A DNA stretch of 61,537 nt, filler included, from Circinaria calcarea (taxonomy: Eukaryota), in assembly GCA_051942165.1 (NCBI GenBank). It is 6 parts of 6 records of this genome, joined end to end, with 100 filler letters (N's around TTAATTAATTAA, not from the genome) between each part and the next. Parts side by side here need not be neighbours in the genome. Positions count along the whole stretch, not along the records: positions 10,284 to 20,460 come from JAVECS010000834.1; positions 20,561 to 30,736 come from JAVECS010000835.1; 4 more parts are not named here. One strand, given 5' to 3'. Below, one piece after another: positions 10,809 through 22,271 of the stretch. Both the position numbers and the translations under genes were made by a program. How positions within the stretch are numbered: position 1 is the stretch's first letter; each line of letters starts with the position of its first letter. The notes beneath the pieces were generated by a model. That model made no database searches and was not told where the DNA came from. It saw only the letters and a list, made by a program, of their open reading frames with translations.

Positions 10809-12359
10809 CGAAGACCGTTGGAAAGGAACAGGAGAAAGACGTGGGCTATTTGAGCATGGATCTTAACCCCCGCATCCGCAAATTCAGCAGAATACCAATA
10901 AACCTCAAGACCATGGCCTATGACTTTATTTCCCCCCTTCCCCCACCCAGACTTCAATTACACACTTTGGACTCCTTCGCAGGAAAAAAGTAGCAAAAAG
11001 CAGGCAAAAGGCAAACAACAGGCCCACTCACGGCTGGCCGTGGAATAGTGGATCTTCTTCGGATCATAGAAGTTGGCAGGTTTGGGTACCATAGCATATC
11101 AAACATCGAGATTTTTAAGTAGCAATAGGGGATTGCCAATAGTAATTTCTATGATCGTGAATTGGCCGGGCAGGTCCTAATACCTTTGACCTTTTTTTGG
11201 GGGGGGGGATACTACTGTATTTATCCGCTTTCCGGTACGGTATGACATGTTTTACCTAATTGTCCGTTCGCTGAAGTCGGATGGTCAAGCCCGCGCTTAG
11301 GTTCTTGGGCGGGGGAGAGGGTCAGTAGTAGTAGCTCAGCGTGCAGAGCTTGATGGGCTGTGCAAAGCTCGCTTGCAATGGCCGCCTGAGGCCGACTTTT
11401 GCCAAGCATCTTAGTTCGAGCTTAAGCGACCCACCCCCGGTTCTGCCTTAAAGGGCACTGGCATCATCGTGGTGGTCTCGGATCTGATATCTTTGGTGCA
11501 ATCTCTCGAAGGAGTCCAGCGGACTCTTTACTCTGAGGCAGATTTGTGTCCCGTAGGACATGGATATTCATGTTCATAGACCTAAAAATCAGAGATATTC
11601 GGCGCTTTTTGACAGGTAGACATGGTTTCTCACTTACAAGGCTGGATATGCTCGGCTGCCCCAACCTTTGCTGCAGGACCATTCCCATCTTTACCTCCTT
11701 ATGTTTGCCGGTTATTACTCCGCCCAACTTGCGACGCCATCGTACATACCTCCTGTCGTGGAGACACTATCTACTCAACAAACCCGGGCGAATCTCGTTA
11801 ATGCTTTTTCTATGCTATGCATTACCACCTGCAGATCATCCGAACAATAATCTTCGGAAGCACCTAGCTGGGCATCGCCACGAAATTCTGCCTGACAGGG
11901 TTCTTCTGGTATCTCAAAGTGCCGGCTAACTGACTGCCATCTGGCTTAGGGAACATGCGGCCAAGGTCCTCAGGCACAATTCGATATATCGATGGCCAAG
12001 GGACGCATCCCAGGTCTCGACGCTTGTGCCTCATGAAACTCTTGCCAATGGCTTACTTGGCTACCGGGGTCGCTACTTCTGTCCCAGTAATATCTTATTG
12101 CACTGCCTTTGCTCTTTCTTTTAGGGGACGGCGCTTCACTGCCTAGCCTGTTTGCCACAGGGTGACTGCGAGGCAAGATAAAATAGCATCTAGGCTCTAT
12201 GTTTCCTTCAATCATCTATTCAGTCATCATCCGACTTCTTCCAACCATTACGAAAGGAGCTTAAATCAGTCAAGATATTACTTAGCACTCGAGAGGTCCG
12301 TTCCCGAGCGAAGAGGCTATTGGTTTTAAACTACAGAGCTGTCACGCAACCTTTTCGCC

Positions 12360-14026
12360 ATGGACCGCTTAGTCCCAGAGACCATCGAAAGTACTGCTAG
12401 CCTGGTTGGAAAGACCGCGGCCATCAGCCTCGAGAAGCAGCTGAATGGAGAGTCAATCATTCGGTATGACCAAGAAGCCGAGAAGAGCGAATCTGAATAC
12501 CATATCGTATGGAACAACATAATGGCGGAGGGAAAATACCTATCGTCGTCTTCTTACACAGACGTAGCGGTGCTTCTTATTTCCTGGGAAAAGGACCATG
12601 ACGACTTGGACGTGAAAGAGGAAGTTAATCAACTCGAGGGGCTTTTTATTAACACGTTCAACTATCAGTGTTCCAAGGTTTTTCTGACAGTGGATAAAGG
12701 AAAATCTGCACAAGTGCAAATTAATTACGAGGTAGCACGATTTGCGCTTGAACACGACAGTCCGAATGCGTTGTTGATATTCTACTATGCTGGCCACGGA
12801 CTACGTGGAAATACTCGGGGAGACTTGCAATTCCACGGGTGAGTTTAGTGTTCTACGCCTTCTGTCTTAAGGTGCTAGGCAAGGCGGGCTTACCACCATT
12901 AGAAAACACACGCCAAGCGAAGAGGATTGCAAACGTCAGAATCAAGTGATTTGGAATCTTACAGAGGCTCAGCTTTACGGTGTAGATGCAGATATTCTAC
13001 TGATTTTCGATTGGTGAGAAAGCAAACCCCAACTCTGACCCCCAAACTTATCTAACGGACAATTCTAAATAGTTGTTACGCTAGTGATCTTGGCGGGGTT
13101 CGAGGTAGATGGTCCAAGTATAGTATTGCTACTCTTACGCTATTCGTGTACTGCTAATCGACCGCAGCAAGTTTGAATACCTTGCTGCAACATCACGCGA
13201 AACAACAAAACGTCCAGGTAAGGACTCGTTTACTTCTGCCCTTATATGGGCACTCAAGGAACTGGTGGAGGTGGAGAATCGGCAGAGATTTACTGTTTCT
13301 GGGCTCGTCAACAAGATCAAGCATAATGCGCCACACTTTCCAAGCACTCAAAGTCCAGTACTCACCGAACGTGGACTTTCTGCTAGGGAACGTATTGTAC
13401 TGGCACCGTTACCGAAGAAAGACCTCCTACTGGCGCATGGTATCGAAGCCGAGACCGCCGGGAACAACGAGTGCCGCAATACTGCAACGCAAGTTCATCT
13501 GATCTTGAAATTCATATTGGAGAAGCATCCAACCATTAAGGGAGTCGAGCAGCTTGGAAGGGAACTTAACAAAACGATGATTGAGCTCAACAGTGTGATG
13601 CCGGAAAATTACGCAAAGATTTGTCGTATTGACTGGGGAGGCTTACGGTCACCTGTGCGTCGAGTCGCAGACAGATGGTGGCTATTAACGCAGCAACGAG
13701 ATAGAGACCCTTGCTTGAACTTAACACCCTCCTCAGCGACGCTTTCCTCCGATCAAAGTTCTATATTCGATCGCCCAACAGCTCCTACCACCCCTATCCT
13801 GGATGAGTCAAATTGCATTACTCTTAGCAAAGTTTTGGTACCGGAATCTCCCGAGGATCGCATTGCACATCATATCAGAATGATCTGGAAGGAGGTACGG
13901 ATATTAACAAATGTCTCCGCTGCCGCGTCATGGGGAATTCTCCTGGACTGCCGATATTTATTGGCCTTGGTGCTGGCGTTGGCTTCTCTTGGAGTATCCC
14001 TTTACTCATTATTGAAAATTGAATAA
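12360..14026 (+). CDS. Caspase-like (peptidase C14-fold) protease with a C-terminal transmembrane helix, 4 exons
   Basis: Exons approximately 12360-12838, 12903-13013, 13073-13118 and 13168-14026 splice in frame. They give AVLLISW, LLIFYYAGHG (His), DILLIFDCCYA (Cys), FEYLAAT and SFTSALI, and end YLLALVLALASLGVSLYSLLKIE. Confidence 0.82.
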
Positions 14027-14224
14027 ATACCTAGTCGGGTTGCTATTTTGGCGGAAACAAGGGCGGCTAGATTAGAAGGCATAGATTCAGAATGGTTTTG
14101 ACGCAAGCATAAAAGGACTCGGAGAATTTTTCATCATGCACACAGAATAGCAATCCAGCAGTACAGCAGCAGTATTAAATCCAGCAAATACGTGACGTAA
14201 TGCTATACACCCTCTAATTTTTCC

Positions 14225-14360
14225 ACATTGAGGAACTCGAAGCCCATTCTCGACAGCGTCTTTGCCTACTACACCTTAGAATTACTGCGGAACACGCTAT
14301 TTTCTTCACACGCTTATTGTCTTGGCGTTTCTGGTAGAGGCAAGGCTTTCGAATTCTAAA
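14225..14360 (+). repeat. Diverged dispersed repeat, copy 1
   Basis: Shares colinear blocks with 18235-18443: CTCGAAGCCCATT, TTCTCGAC, ACCTTAGAATTA, CTATTTTCTTCACAC, GTCTTGGCGTT, CTGGTAGAGGC, TTTCGAATTCTAAA. Confidence 0.8.
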
Positions 14361-14641
14361 GTGGTGTGGCCGTAATAAAATCTATAGGACCCGAAGGACC
14401 CTTGCTGCATATTAGCTATCAATGCAGCTAACAGCCTCATTATTGCCTTATTTTTTGTACAGCCCCTCTTTTAGACAACTGCAAGCCGCAGAGCCTCCGT
14501 TAGGTTGTACAACATGATCAGCGGATTGAGCGCTATATATTGCCTGGGGAGTCAGGCTATGGAAATCAGAAGCCGCAGTTTTACGTCAATAAACCAGGCA
14601 AACTCTCTTATCCCCATTGGACCTTTGCTACGTAACCTAAT

Positions 14642-15044
14642 ATGGCGGGTTCTGCTGAGGTGCGTAATGATTGGCTTTCTCTGCGGCATTTATCCAGTAA
14701 TTCGCGTTAAACATTACTCTGCAGAATACAAATCAGCCCGACGACACAGGCAGGTCTTGGGTCGAGAAGCCTACAAAAGCAAAGCGAGTAAGGCATATTA
14801 TATATGCAGCGGATCACAAAGGCAATAGCTTATGATAATGCAGCTGCTAAATAACTTCAAAAAAGGCGAGAAGGTGTGGATGAAAAATCTGTCCACGGGG
14901 CAGTTCGAATGGAACATGGTTGTTGTAGATGTGAAGTACGATGAGGCGCGACCAGGTTGGGATTATCGAGTTAAAGATGCGAATGGAGTTATATACAATG
15001 GTGGCCGAAATGGTTGGGTAGCAGAAACGGCGTTGAAAGATTAA
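14642..15044 (+). CDS. Small three-exon hypothetical protein (~93 aa), possible SH3/Tudor-like beta-barrel
   Basis: Exons 14642-14659, 14725-14787 and 14844-15044 join in frame through canonical GT-AG introns: MAGSAE-NTNQPDDTGRSWVEKPTKAKR-LLNNFKKGEKVWMK...WDYRVKD...WVAETALKD. Confidence 0.7.
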
Positions 15045-15395
15045 AACGGCTCCTTCACGATAAAAAGCTTACCATACGATGGATTTAGATCAACAGCCAT
15101 AACTCATTTTAAAAATCCAAGATTGCGAAGGCTGAATTAACGGCCTTGACTTAAAGCCTTTGCATTACTCCCTACTGTCCGACCTATCAATTCATATGTT
15201 CGCCCGAGTGTACAGAGGGCAATTGCATAATGAACATTGGTAGCCCCTCACGTAAGGTTCCTTACAGTCCTGAGTAACCCATGTTGCTTCGTCCATCGAT
15301 CGAGAATTAACAAGGCTGCGTCAATCAAACATTATAAAGTAGTCGTAGCTGCTCTTTTGTGCAGCAATGTGGACTTCACGGTCTATGCTATCCAT

Positions 15396-16926
15396 ATGGG
15401 TCCTTCAATTTCATCAGACCAATTGCAATTGGTCACGGAGAGTGAAATGGAAAAGGGTAATGGGGGCCGGGTCATTGATGTTGCTCTTTCCCCGAGCGAA
15501 AAGCCAACCATCTCAAGTCCTTGTACAGGCACGACCATTGCGGCACCTAGCACGCCAGTTAGCACGCCAGATCGCACGCAGCGTAAGCTTTCTGGATCTC
15601 CCAAGGTGACCGCAACAGCAATGTCTGATTTTTTTTATTCATCTAGCTACATGCAGGATCCGAGATTGGCAGCATAGGATAGGAGAGGCTTTGCTGCAGA
15701 AATTCAAGTCACAAAAAAGTGTAACCACCCCCATCGTTCGGAAACGTGAGCTGGCCTTCCACCGTGTATTTTGGGGACCTGCTAATTCTGGTAGTGGAGG
15801 ATGCCGAAGAAGGCTACCCGCGTGTTGCAGCTTTCCTTGATTCCGATGCCAGCTTCACAATATACCGTCGCTTCGGCTTCTTACATGCCAGGCTGCTTCT
15901 CTACAAGCAAGATGAGCTGCGAGAACTAGAAGATGAACTGCGTGAAATGGACAAACGGGATTGGAAAGATGACTCGTTCCAAAACTGCTTGAGGTCTAGA
16001 GGCAAGGACGATGCACCGAAGAATCAACATGGGCGAAGTTCGAGGAAGGAGTTGCTACAGAGGATCGAGAAAAAGACACTAGAGTATGGGGAACTACTCC
16101 GGCAATCGAAGGAGCTCGTTTCCTGGAATACTCCAAGTACTCGTGATTATACGAGTGTGGTAAATTGGTTGAATACCGAAGCACCTTTGTCCGAGGCCGA
16201 CTGTGGATTCATCAAGGAGAAACAAGATCTGATCACGTTACGACCTGGAAGGGAACATGCGTGGCTAGACGCCTTTGTAGAACGAATCTTGAAAGCTTTC
16301 CATTGCCGATTGATCCAGGTGGGTTCATCCAGCAGCCGTCGCGTAATGCCCAAACTAATCTGACCCTGCAGTATATATTTTGCTCCAAAGTATGTATTCC
16401 TGAAGCGTCTTCAAGGCTGTGCGGGCTTAGGCCGAATAGTGAGGCAGCAAGCTAACGTAATCATTGCGGGGGGCGGGAGGGGGGACCGAGAATAAGCTGC
16501 TCCACTACTACACCCGCGAGCGCATCGAAACATTCGTAAACCTGATCATTACTCTGATGATTTTTATTCTCCTGGTGGTACCGGTATATCTGTTGTTCCA
16601 CATATCAGCTGCGAACGAACTCACAGCCTCCAATCCTGCCAGCATAGGGGTCTTAATGAGCTTTACACTTATCTTCTCCATTGTGCTCTCCTTCTTCACA
16701 CGGGCCCAACGTCACGAGATCCTTGCTGCTTCTGCGGCGTAAGTTCCTCCTTATTTTCATATGCGGTATAACAACACATTGCTTTACAAATACACTCCAT
16801 CAACTTTGCGCTTATTATCTCGGACCGCAACTGCCACTAACGGCCTTCAACCATAGCTATTGCGCCGTCTTGGTGGTGTTCCTCGGGAACGTAGGCAATA
16901 ACAAACTCCAAAACACAGCTCATTAA
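15396..16926 (+). CDS. DUF6594-family membrane protein, multi-exon
   Basis: Contains EGYPRVAAFLDSD, YRRFGFLHARLLLYKQDELRELE and DLITL, then hydrophobic helices and the spliced ending FTRAQRHEILAASAA/YCAVLVVFLGN, which I recognise as DUF6594. One splice acceptor (~16470) is not canonical. Confidence 0.85.
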
Positions 16927-18234
16927 CCATTAAGATTAACGATTTATACTGCCTCACAATAACGGATCTCCTACGCTGTATTTACCTTATAACGTCGGAG
17001 GGCATTACTATATCAATTGGGATTTCCATTCTCTGTCTCTACTTATAAAAGCCTGCGATTTCTTTCTCCGTTTTTTTAACTTATTAAAACACTCCCTCTA
17101 CAATACTACAAATTTAAAATAGGAAGATAAAAACTGATGGAATTTGGCTTATCTTAAGAAAAAATATGGTTTGCGAAATCCGTTATTATATAAATAATCT
17201 CGAGCTATTGAAAATATCTGTGTAAAAGCCTCCACCAGAGAACCCTTACGAACCCTACGGATGAACTATACACCGAGGTCACGAGGTACTCGCTTGGCGA
17301 GGATTAAGGTTTTCTCGCGAAGCGTTGTACCAGAATTCTTTAGCAATAATTCATACGCTATGCGAACCATTGAAGCACATTATCACACAGTTTACCGATC
17401 CTTATTCGTAAAATCATTATACTATTCGTAAAGGATCTTACCCCCCCCGGGGGAGGGAGAACAGAAATATTTCCTAACCCCTTTTTTAAAAAACCAGGGC
17501 TATCATCCAATTGCTTCCCCTGAATCGGACACAATCGTGCCCTTGAGGAGAATATTGCTATATCAAAGATATGGAGTTTACTACTTTGCCCAATTTTCAA
17601 CCCTATTGTTATAGCGCCAGCACCAATGACATATGCTAGGCCACAAAAGGAATAAGAGTCGGAACGGATGAATAGGGAAAAATCGTGCTCATGATGCTTT
17701 GCTCAGTGTGTGTGCTCTGAGGGAAATAAGCATGGGGCGAGCAAGGTAAAGCAGGACCCAGTTGCTCACTCAGTATGGCTCGGGGGGGTTCCTAAGCATA
17801 GGGTGAGCATTGGTGTGAGCACCCACTACTATATAGGCCAGGCAGCCAGGCCAGGCTATATTCCCCGCTTCTTTCTTTAGAATAGCCCATGCTTTATAGA
17901 GAAGAACCCATAACGGAGTTTCAATATCCCTTCCCTTTTTTCTATTACAGCCTAGGTAGGGCAAACAGTTTCAAACTTACATACATACACACCCCTATGT
18001 AAACACGTGCTATTCACCAAAATCGGGGACATGATATATTTTCCCCTCATTGTTGCCCCCAAGGGGATTGGATTGCAAGCGCCCCCCTTTTACAATGGGA
18101 CCGCGTTATTTTACCCCCGCAGGTAAACACGTTGGTCCGGTAAGGCCCCCTATGGACTTCTAATAGTAGTTACGTGATCTTTAGATACGTAGTGCACTGT
18201 AGCGGTCAGTTTATGCTTATGTATATATCCCCCA

Positions 18235-18443
18235 ACATTCAGGGACCTCGAAGCCCATTTATTTTCTCGACGGCGTCGTCTTTTGCCGACTATGGTATAC
18301 CTTAGAATTATACTGCCGAACACTTCTATTTTCTTCACACACAGTTAGGGGGGCTCTGCATCCGGCAATCACCCCCAATCAACTTTCATCATATCCGTCT
18401 TGGCGTTATCCTGGTAGAGGCGAGGCTTTTTCGAATTCTAAAA
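18235..18443 (+). repeat. Diverged dispersed repeat, copy 2
   Basis: Same colinear blocks as 14225-14360, with small insertions and one insertion of about 45 bp. Confidence 0.8.
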
Positions 18444-18771
18444 AAAAGGGGGATTAACCTCTATATATCGTCTGATATATCTACGATGACGACAGAGAGA
18501 GCCATCCATCCATCCATCCATCCCTCCATAGATGAAAAACTCCTTTTTTTACCCACGAGTTTCTAAAAAAACGCATGATCCCGGGCTCATTCGTTTCTTT
18601 TTCATAAATTTTTCCCTGCCCGAGATGATTATTTATTTATTACATCCAAGCCGCCCCTTTTTATTTTTTTATTTTTTATTTTTTATTTTTTTTCCCCCCC
18701 ATCCCATTCTTTGGTTTTTTTTTCTTTTTTTCCTTCCCGAGCCATCCATACGTTTCGATAAATCCTAAAGC

Positions 18772-19548
18772 ATGCCCTCAGAAGCCAAGCCAGCGATTTT
18801 ACTCGTTCACGGCGCCTGGCATGTACCTGCCCACTATAACGACTTCATCCAGCAATTGCAGAAGGCGGGCTTTGCGCTATCATGTCCCCTACTACCAACA
18901 TGCGACGAAACGAAGCGTCTTACCGCAAACATGTCTAGCGATGCCGAGGTAGTGCGGAGCCGGGTCACTTCTTTGATTGACCAATCTCGTGAGGTGATCA
19001 TGATCCTCCACTCCTACGGGGGCGCGGTTGGTACAGAAGCCGTCAAGGGCTTGGCAGCTCACGAGCGTGCAGCCAAAGGGCTCTCTGGTGGCGTTGTACG
19101 CCTGATCTATATGTGCGGTTTTATGCTGCAGGTCGGTGAGTGTGTTGGCGGGGCCAGTCTTCCGCGACCGGATCCCGAGCCCGTCGAAAGGGACGAGGCT
19201 ACAGGAACAACCTTTCTCTGCGAGCCCCCGGTGAAACTCTTATATGCAGATATCGAGCCGGAACATGCCAAGGAAATGGAGTCCCTGCTTGTCCGTCAGA
19301 GTGGAGCGGCCATGACCGACCAGATTACGTACCCTGCCTGGGAGTATATTCCCGTAACCTATCTGAGGACACTGGAAGACCAAGTGCTGTTCCTGAACTG
19401 GCAAGACAGGCAGATCAAAGCTGTTGAGGAAAGGGGGGTTAAGGTCACGGTTGAAACTTTCAAGGCGAGTCACAGTCCGTACTTAAGCATGCCCGGAAAG
19501 ATGGTGGAAGCGGTAGAAAGGGCGGTTCGGGAGCACGTCGCTGTATAA
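18772..19548 (+). CDS. Alpha/beta hydrolase (Abhydrolase_6-like)
   Basis: 258-aa ORF with LLVHGAWH, nucleophile elbow HSYGG, acid residue in EDQ and His in SHSP. Confidence 0.92.
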   Translation: MPSEAKPAILLVHGAWHVPAHYNDFIQQLQKAGFALSCPLLPTCDETKRLTANMSSDAEVVRSRVTSLIDQSREVIMILHSYGGAVGTEAVKGLAAHERAAKGLSGGVVRLIYMCGFMLQVGECVGGASLPRPDPEPVERDEATGTTFLCEPPVKLLYADIEPEHAKEMESLLVRQSGAAMTDQITYPAWEYIPVTYLRTLEDQVLFLNWQDRQIKAVEERGVKVTVETFKASHSPYLSMPGKMVEAVERAVREHVAV

Positions 19549-19952
19549 AAATACATATACTGATCGCAGAGGACATTTATTTACGAGGGGAGGAGAGGGG
19601 TTGGGTGGGAGGTCTTAGCTTCAGGAGGGAGCGGGCGTAGGTACTTCAGATCACCAGACCTCGGATCACCAGGATTAATGAGCACATGGCTTCCTTGCCT
19701 ATTAGACGGGGAAAGGGAAGAGTAAGAGTGGAAGGTGGCTTTGCAAAGAATGTATGCTTTCAATCTCAGGCCGTTAGCTACCTACCTAAGCTTGCTTGTA
19801 GACAATCTCCAGCGGAGTCTCTTGGTGCAGAGAAAAGACTAGGTCTAGTCCCCCATCACATTCCCCCTCCGTGCAGCCTACTTATTCCACCACCACCTTT
19901 GATCCCCCCCTGTCTCTCCATGACATCCTCCATCAAGCTTATCTCCTCTCTC

Positions 19953-20460
19953 CTAAAACGCATTCCTCGGCCCCTTGGAATCGTTCCTTGGGCCCTGGCG
20001 TTCCGCATTCTGTAATTACAACAATCCCAATTAGCCTTATTCCAACAAATGCCTCATCCCCAGTTCCCTTTCCCCCCCGCTTCCCCTTAAAACACTGGAT
20101 ATGATAAAAACGACTTACCTCCGTCTCCTGGATCGTCCCCCCCTCAAGAATCTTAATCAAGCACTCATCCTCATTCGACGTCCCGAATTGGTTCTCCAGC
20201 GTGGCTTTGCTGGCCGTGTCGAGGACGCCTTGGGCGCCGTGCCTGTTGTGCGAAAAACAAAGAGTGAGCTAGTGGCCTTCTCCCCACACCTCTTCCCCCC
20301 CCAAAGAAGAGCTCGATAGAAAACATACTTGTGCGTCACAAAAATCTTAAAACCCGACACGACCTGGGCGAGCGGGATACTGCGGTCCTGGAGCCAGTTG
20401 CGAACCGCCTGGGCGTCGTCGACAAAGATGACAAAGTCGTCGTCTTTGCCCGCCAGGTGC
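19953..20460 (-). CDS. RTC3: SBDS N-terminal domain protein (Rtc3-like), 5'-truncated
   Basis: Spliced: GKDDDFVIFVDD...DRSIPLAQVVSGFKIFVTHK/HGAQGVLDTASKATLENQFGTSNEDECLIKILEGG...RNAF*. Confidence 0.85.
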
Positions 20461-20560
20461 NNNNNNNNNNNNNNNNNNNNNNNNNNNNNNNNNNNNNNNN
20501 NNNNTTAATTAATTAANNNNNNNNNNNNNNNNNNNNNNNNNNNNNNNNNNNNNNNNNNNN
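20461..20560. other. Artificial contig linker
   Basis: 44 N + TTAATTAATTAA + 44 N. Confidence 0.98.
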
Positions 20561-21589
20561 AGTGACGAGTCACGTTCACAAAGTAGACAATCACTTCGAA
20601 CGTCTAGCGAGGGTCGACAGCCACGGACATCAAGCACCAAATGCCCAGCACGCTCACTCGGTACATACCCAGACACGGTGCATTCCGAAACACAGTCGAA
20701 GGCTGATACAAGCGGCACTACTGGAGGTGGTCTAAGTTCCAATGGGATTGAAGGAGGCGAAGGAAGTACATTCTCTTCACCAGCGCCTTCGGTGCGCTCC
20801 TTGACTACAACATTGACAACCATGCAATCTGCCGCCCCTTCTGCTCTCCTTCCGGCCAATAACGTCGCCACAACCCACACAACCCCGCTCATCGCGACTC
20901 CACACACCAATACTACGCATTTTTCCCATCAGTTCCCGTCCTCCCCACCACCGTCCGCAATTCCTTCACATGTCATTGCTCACCAGAGTGGAGGCCATCC
21001 TGCAACTTACAATATTGCCACCGCAAACAACCTATTGACCGATAACGCTTCTATCCTTACTTTAGCTTCGTCCTCAAAGAGACGACGACGGAACTCTCTG
21101 GATACAAACGCGTCTGTTCGGGCTCTCGCTCCATCCTCTGTTTTTGGCGGCAGCAGGGAGTCACTTCCCATGAGCGTCTTAGGTGGTAACGTTGGTGAAC
21201 AAGCGACCAGTGTCGGTATGCAATACAGTCGAGCCGGTGTTCCCGCACTAGCCGGTACAGAGCGCGCCAGTGTTTATTCTGCATCCGGCAATGCACCTGC
21301 GCTAAGTAGTGAACGAAACAGCTATTATGCAGCAAAAGAGAGGAATGCTGGAGATAGCGCAAGTGTAGGGAGTGGTCTTGTCAGCCATGGGCGAAATGAT
21401 AGCACTACAGGTAGCATTGGGGTCATGGCTTCAACGGCAAGTCCACTGACTAGCTCAAGAGATATTCCAAATCAAGGAAGGGCGAGTCGACGGAATTCGG
21501 GGTGGGGAGAATTTGGTGAGGATGGAAAGGGAGACATGGAATTGAAGGAGCTGGGTAAAGGGAAGGAAAACATTGACGCAAAGGCATAA
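20561..21589 (+). CDS. Ser/Thr-rich conserved fungal hypothetical protein, 5'-truncated
   Basis: Long low-complexity ORF with blocks PAPSVRSLTTTLTT and NLLTDNASILTLASSSKRRRRNSLDTNASVRALAPSS. Confidence 0.7.
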   Translation, partial: SDESRSQSRQSLRTSSEGRQPRTSSTKCPARSLGTYPDTVHSETQSKADTSGTTGGGLSSNGIEGGEGSTFSSPAPSVRSLTTTLTTMQSAAPSALLPANNVATTHTTPLIATPHTNTTHFSHQFPSSPPPSAIPSHVIAHQSGGHPATYNIATANNLLTDNASILTLASSSKRRRRNSLDTNASVRALAPSSVFGGSRESLPMSVLGGNVGEQATSVGMQYSRAGVPALAGTERASVYSASGNAPALSSERNSYYAAKERNAGDSASVGSGLVSHGRNDSTTGSIGVMASTASPLTSSRDIPNQGRASRRNSGWGEFGEDGKGDMELKELGKGKENIDAKA

Positions 21590-22128
21590 CGAGACCACGG
21601 TTTCCTTTTTTGTTAGACATACATATCGGATAAGCTACTTTAGTAGCTTATCGAGGAACACGACGGACGGCAAGGTCTGAGTATTTTTTTTCTTGGAGTT
21701 CCGGAACCAGTCACTTGTGAGATAATCCGGGACGTTTCTGCTATACCCCAGCCATTAGTGGCCCGCGTCTATTCTTGAGGCGAAAGAGGAATTTACCTTC
21801 CGCCTCTCAATGTACAAGTAACATCTGTATTTGCAAGACGAGTAGTACAAATGAATGTAGGAATATGATTATGTGCGCAGATTATGCCTTTGGATTGATC
21901 TGATTCTAATGTAATGTGAGATGATATATTTCAATGCTTCACCAAATGTAACCTGTTTAACCATGACGCAGATGAATTCACCGCCTTAAAAGTGGGCAAG
22001 TAAATATGAAATTGTTCCAACTCGGATAAGAAACTCAGGGTTTGTCCCCCAGGCCGCTTCCTTCGTCGTGTATCGGATATCAGATCTCACTACCCACCTT
22101 AGTCAAGTAGAACATGATCCACAAAACC

Positions 22129-22176
22129 CCCATAACCTTACCCATAATCTTACCCATAATCTTACCCATAACCTTG
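22129..22176 (+). repeat. 12-bp tandem repeat x4
   Basis: CCCATAA(C/T)CTTA repeated four times upstream of the PNKP gene. Confidence 0.85.
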
Positions 22177-22271
22177 CCATCAACCAAAAATTTCCATACA
22201 GCCTTTGGTAAACCCAACCATTCCTCACTTTTGCCCCAGTCCAGAGTAGCCTCCTCACCCACACATCCGCC

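Noticed and set aside
1724..16926. HET gene as part of the caspase/DUF6594 module
   Set aside because: They are separated by an artificial linker, so there is no evidence of physical linkage.
18480..18770. Poly-T/poly-C-rich tract and a Phe-rich 78-aa ORF
   Set aside because: Looks like homopolymer-inflated low-quality consensus or a pyrimidine-rich promoter, not coding.
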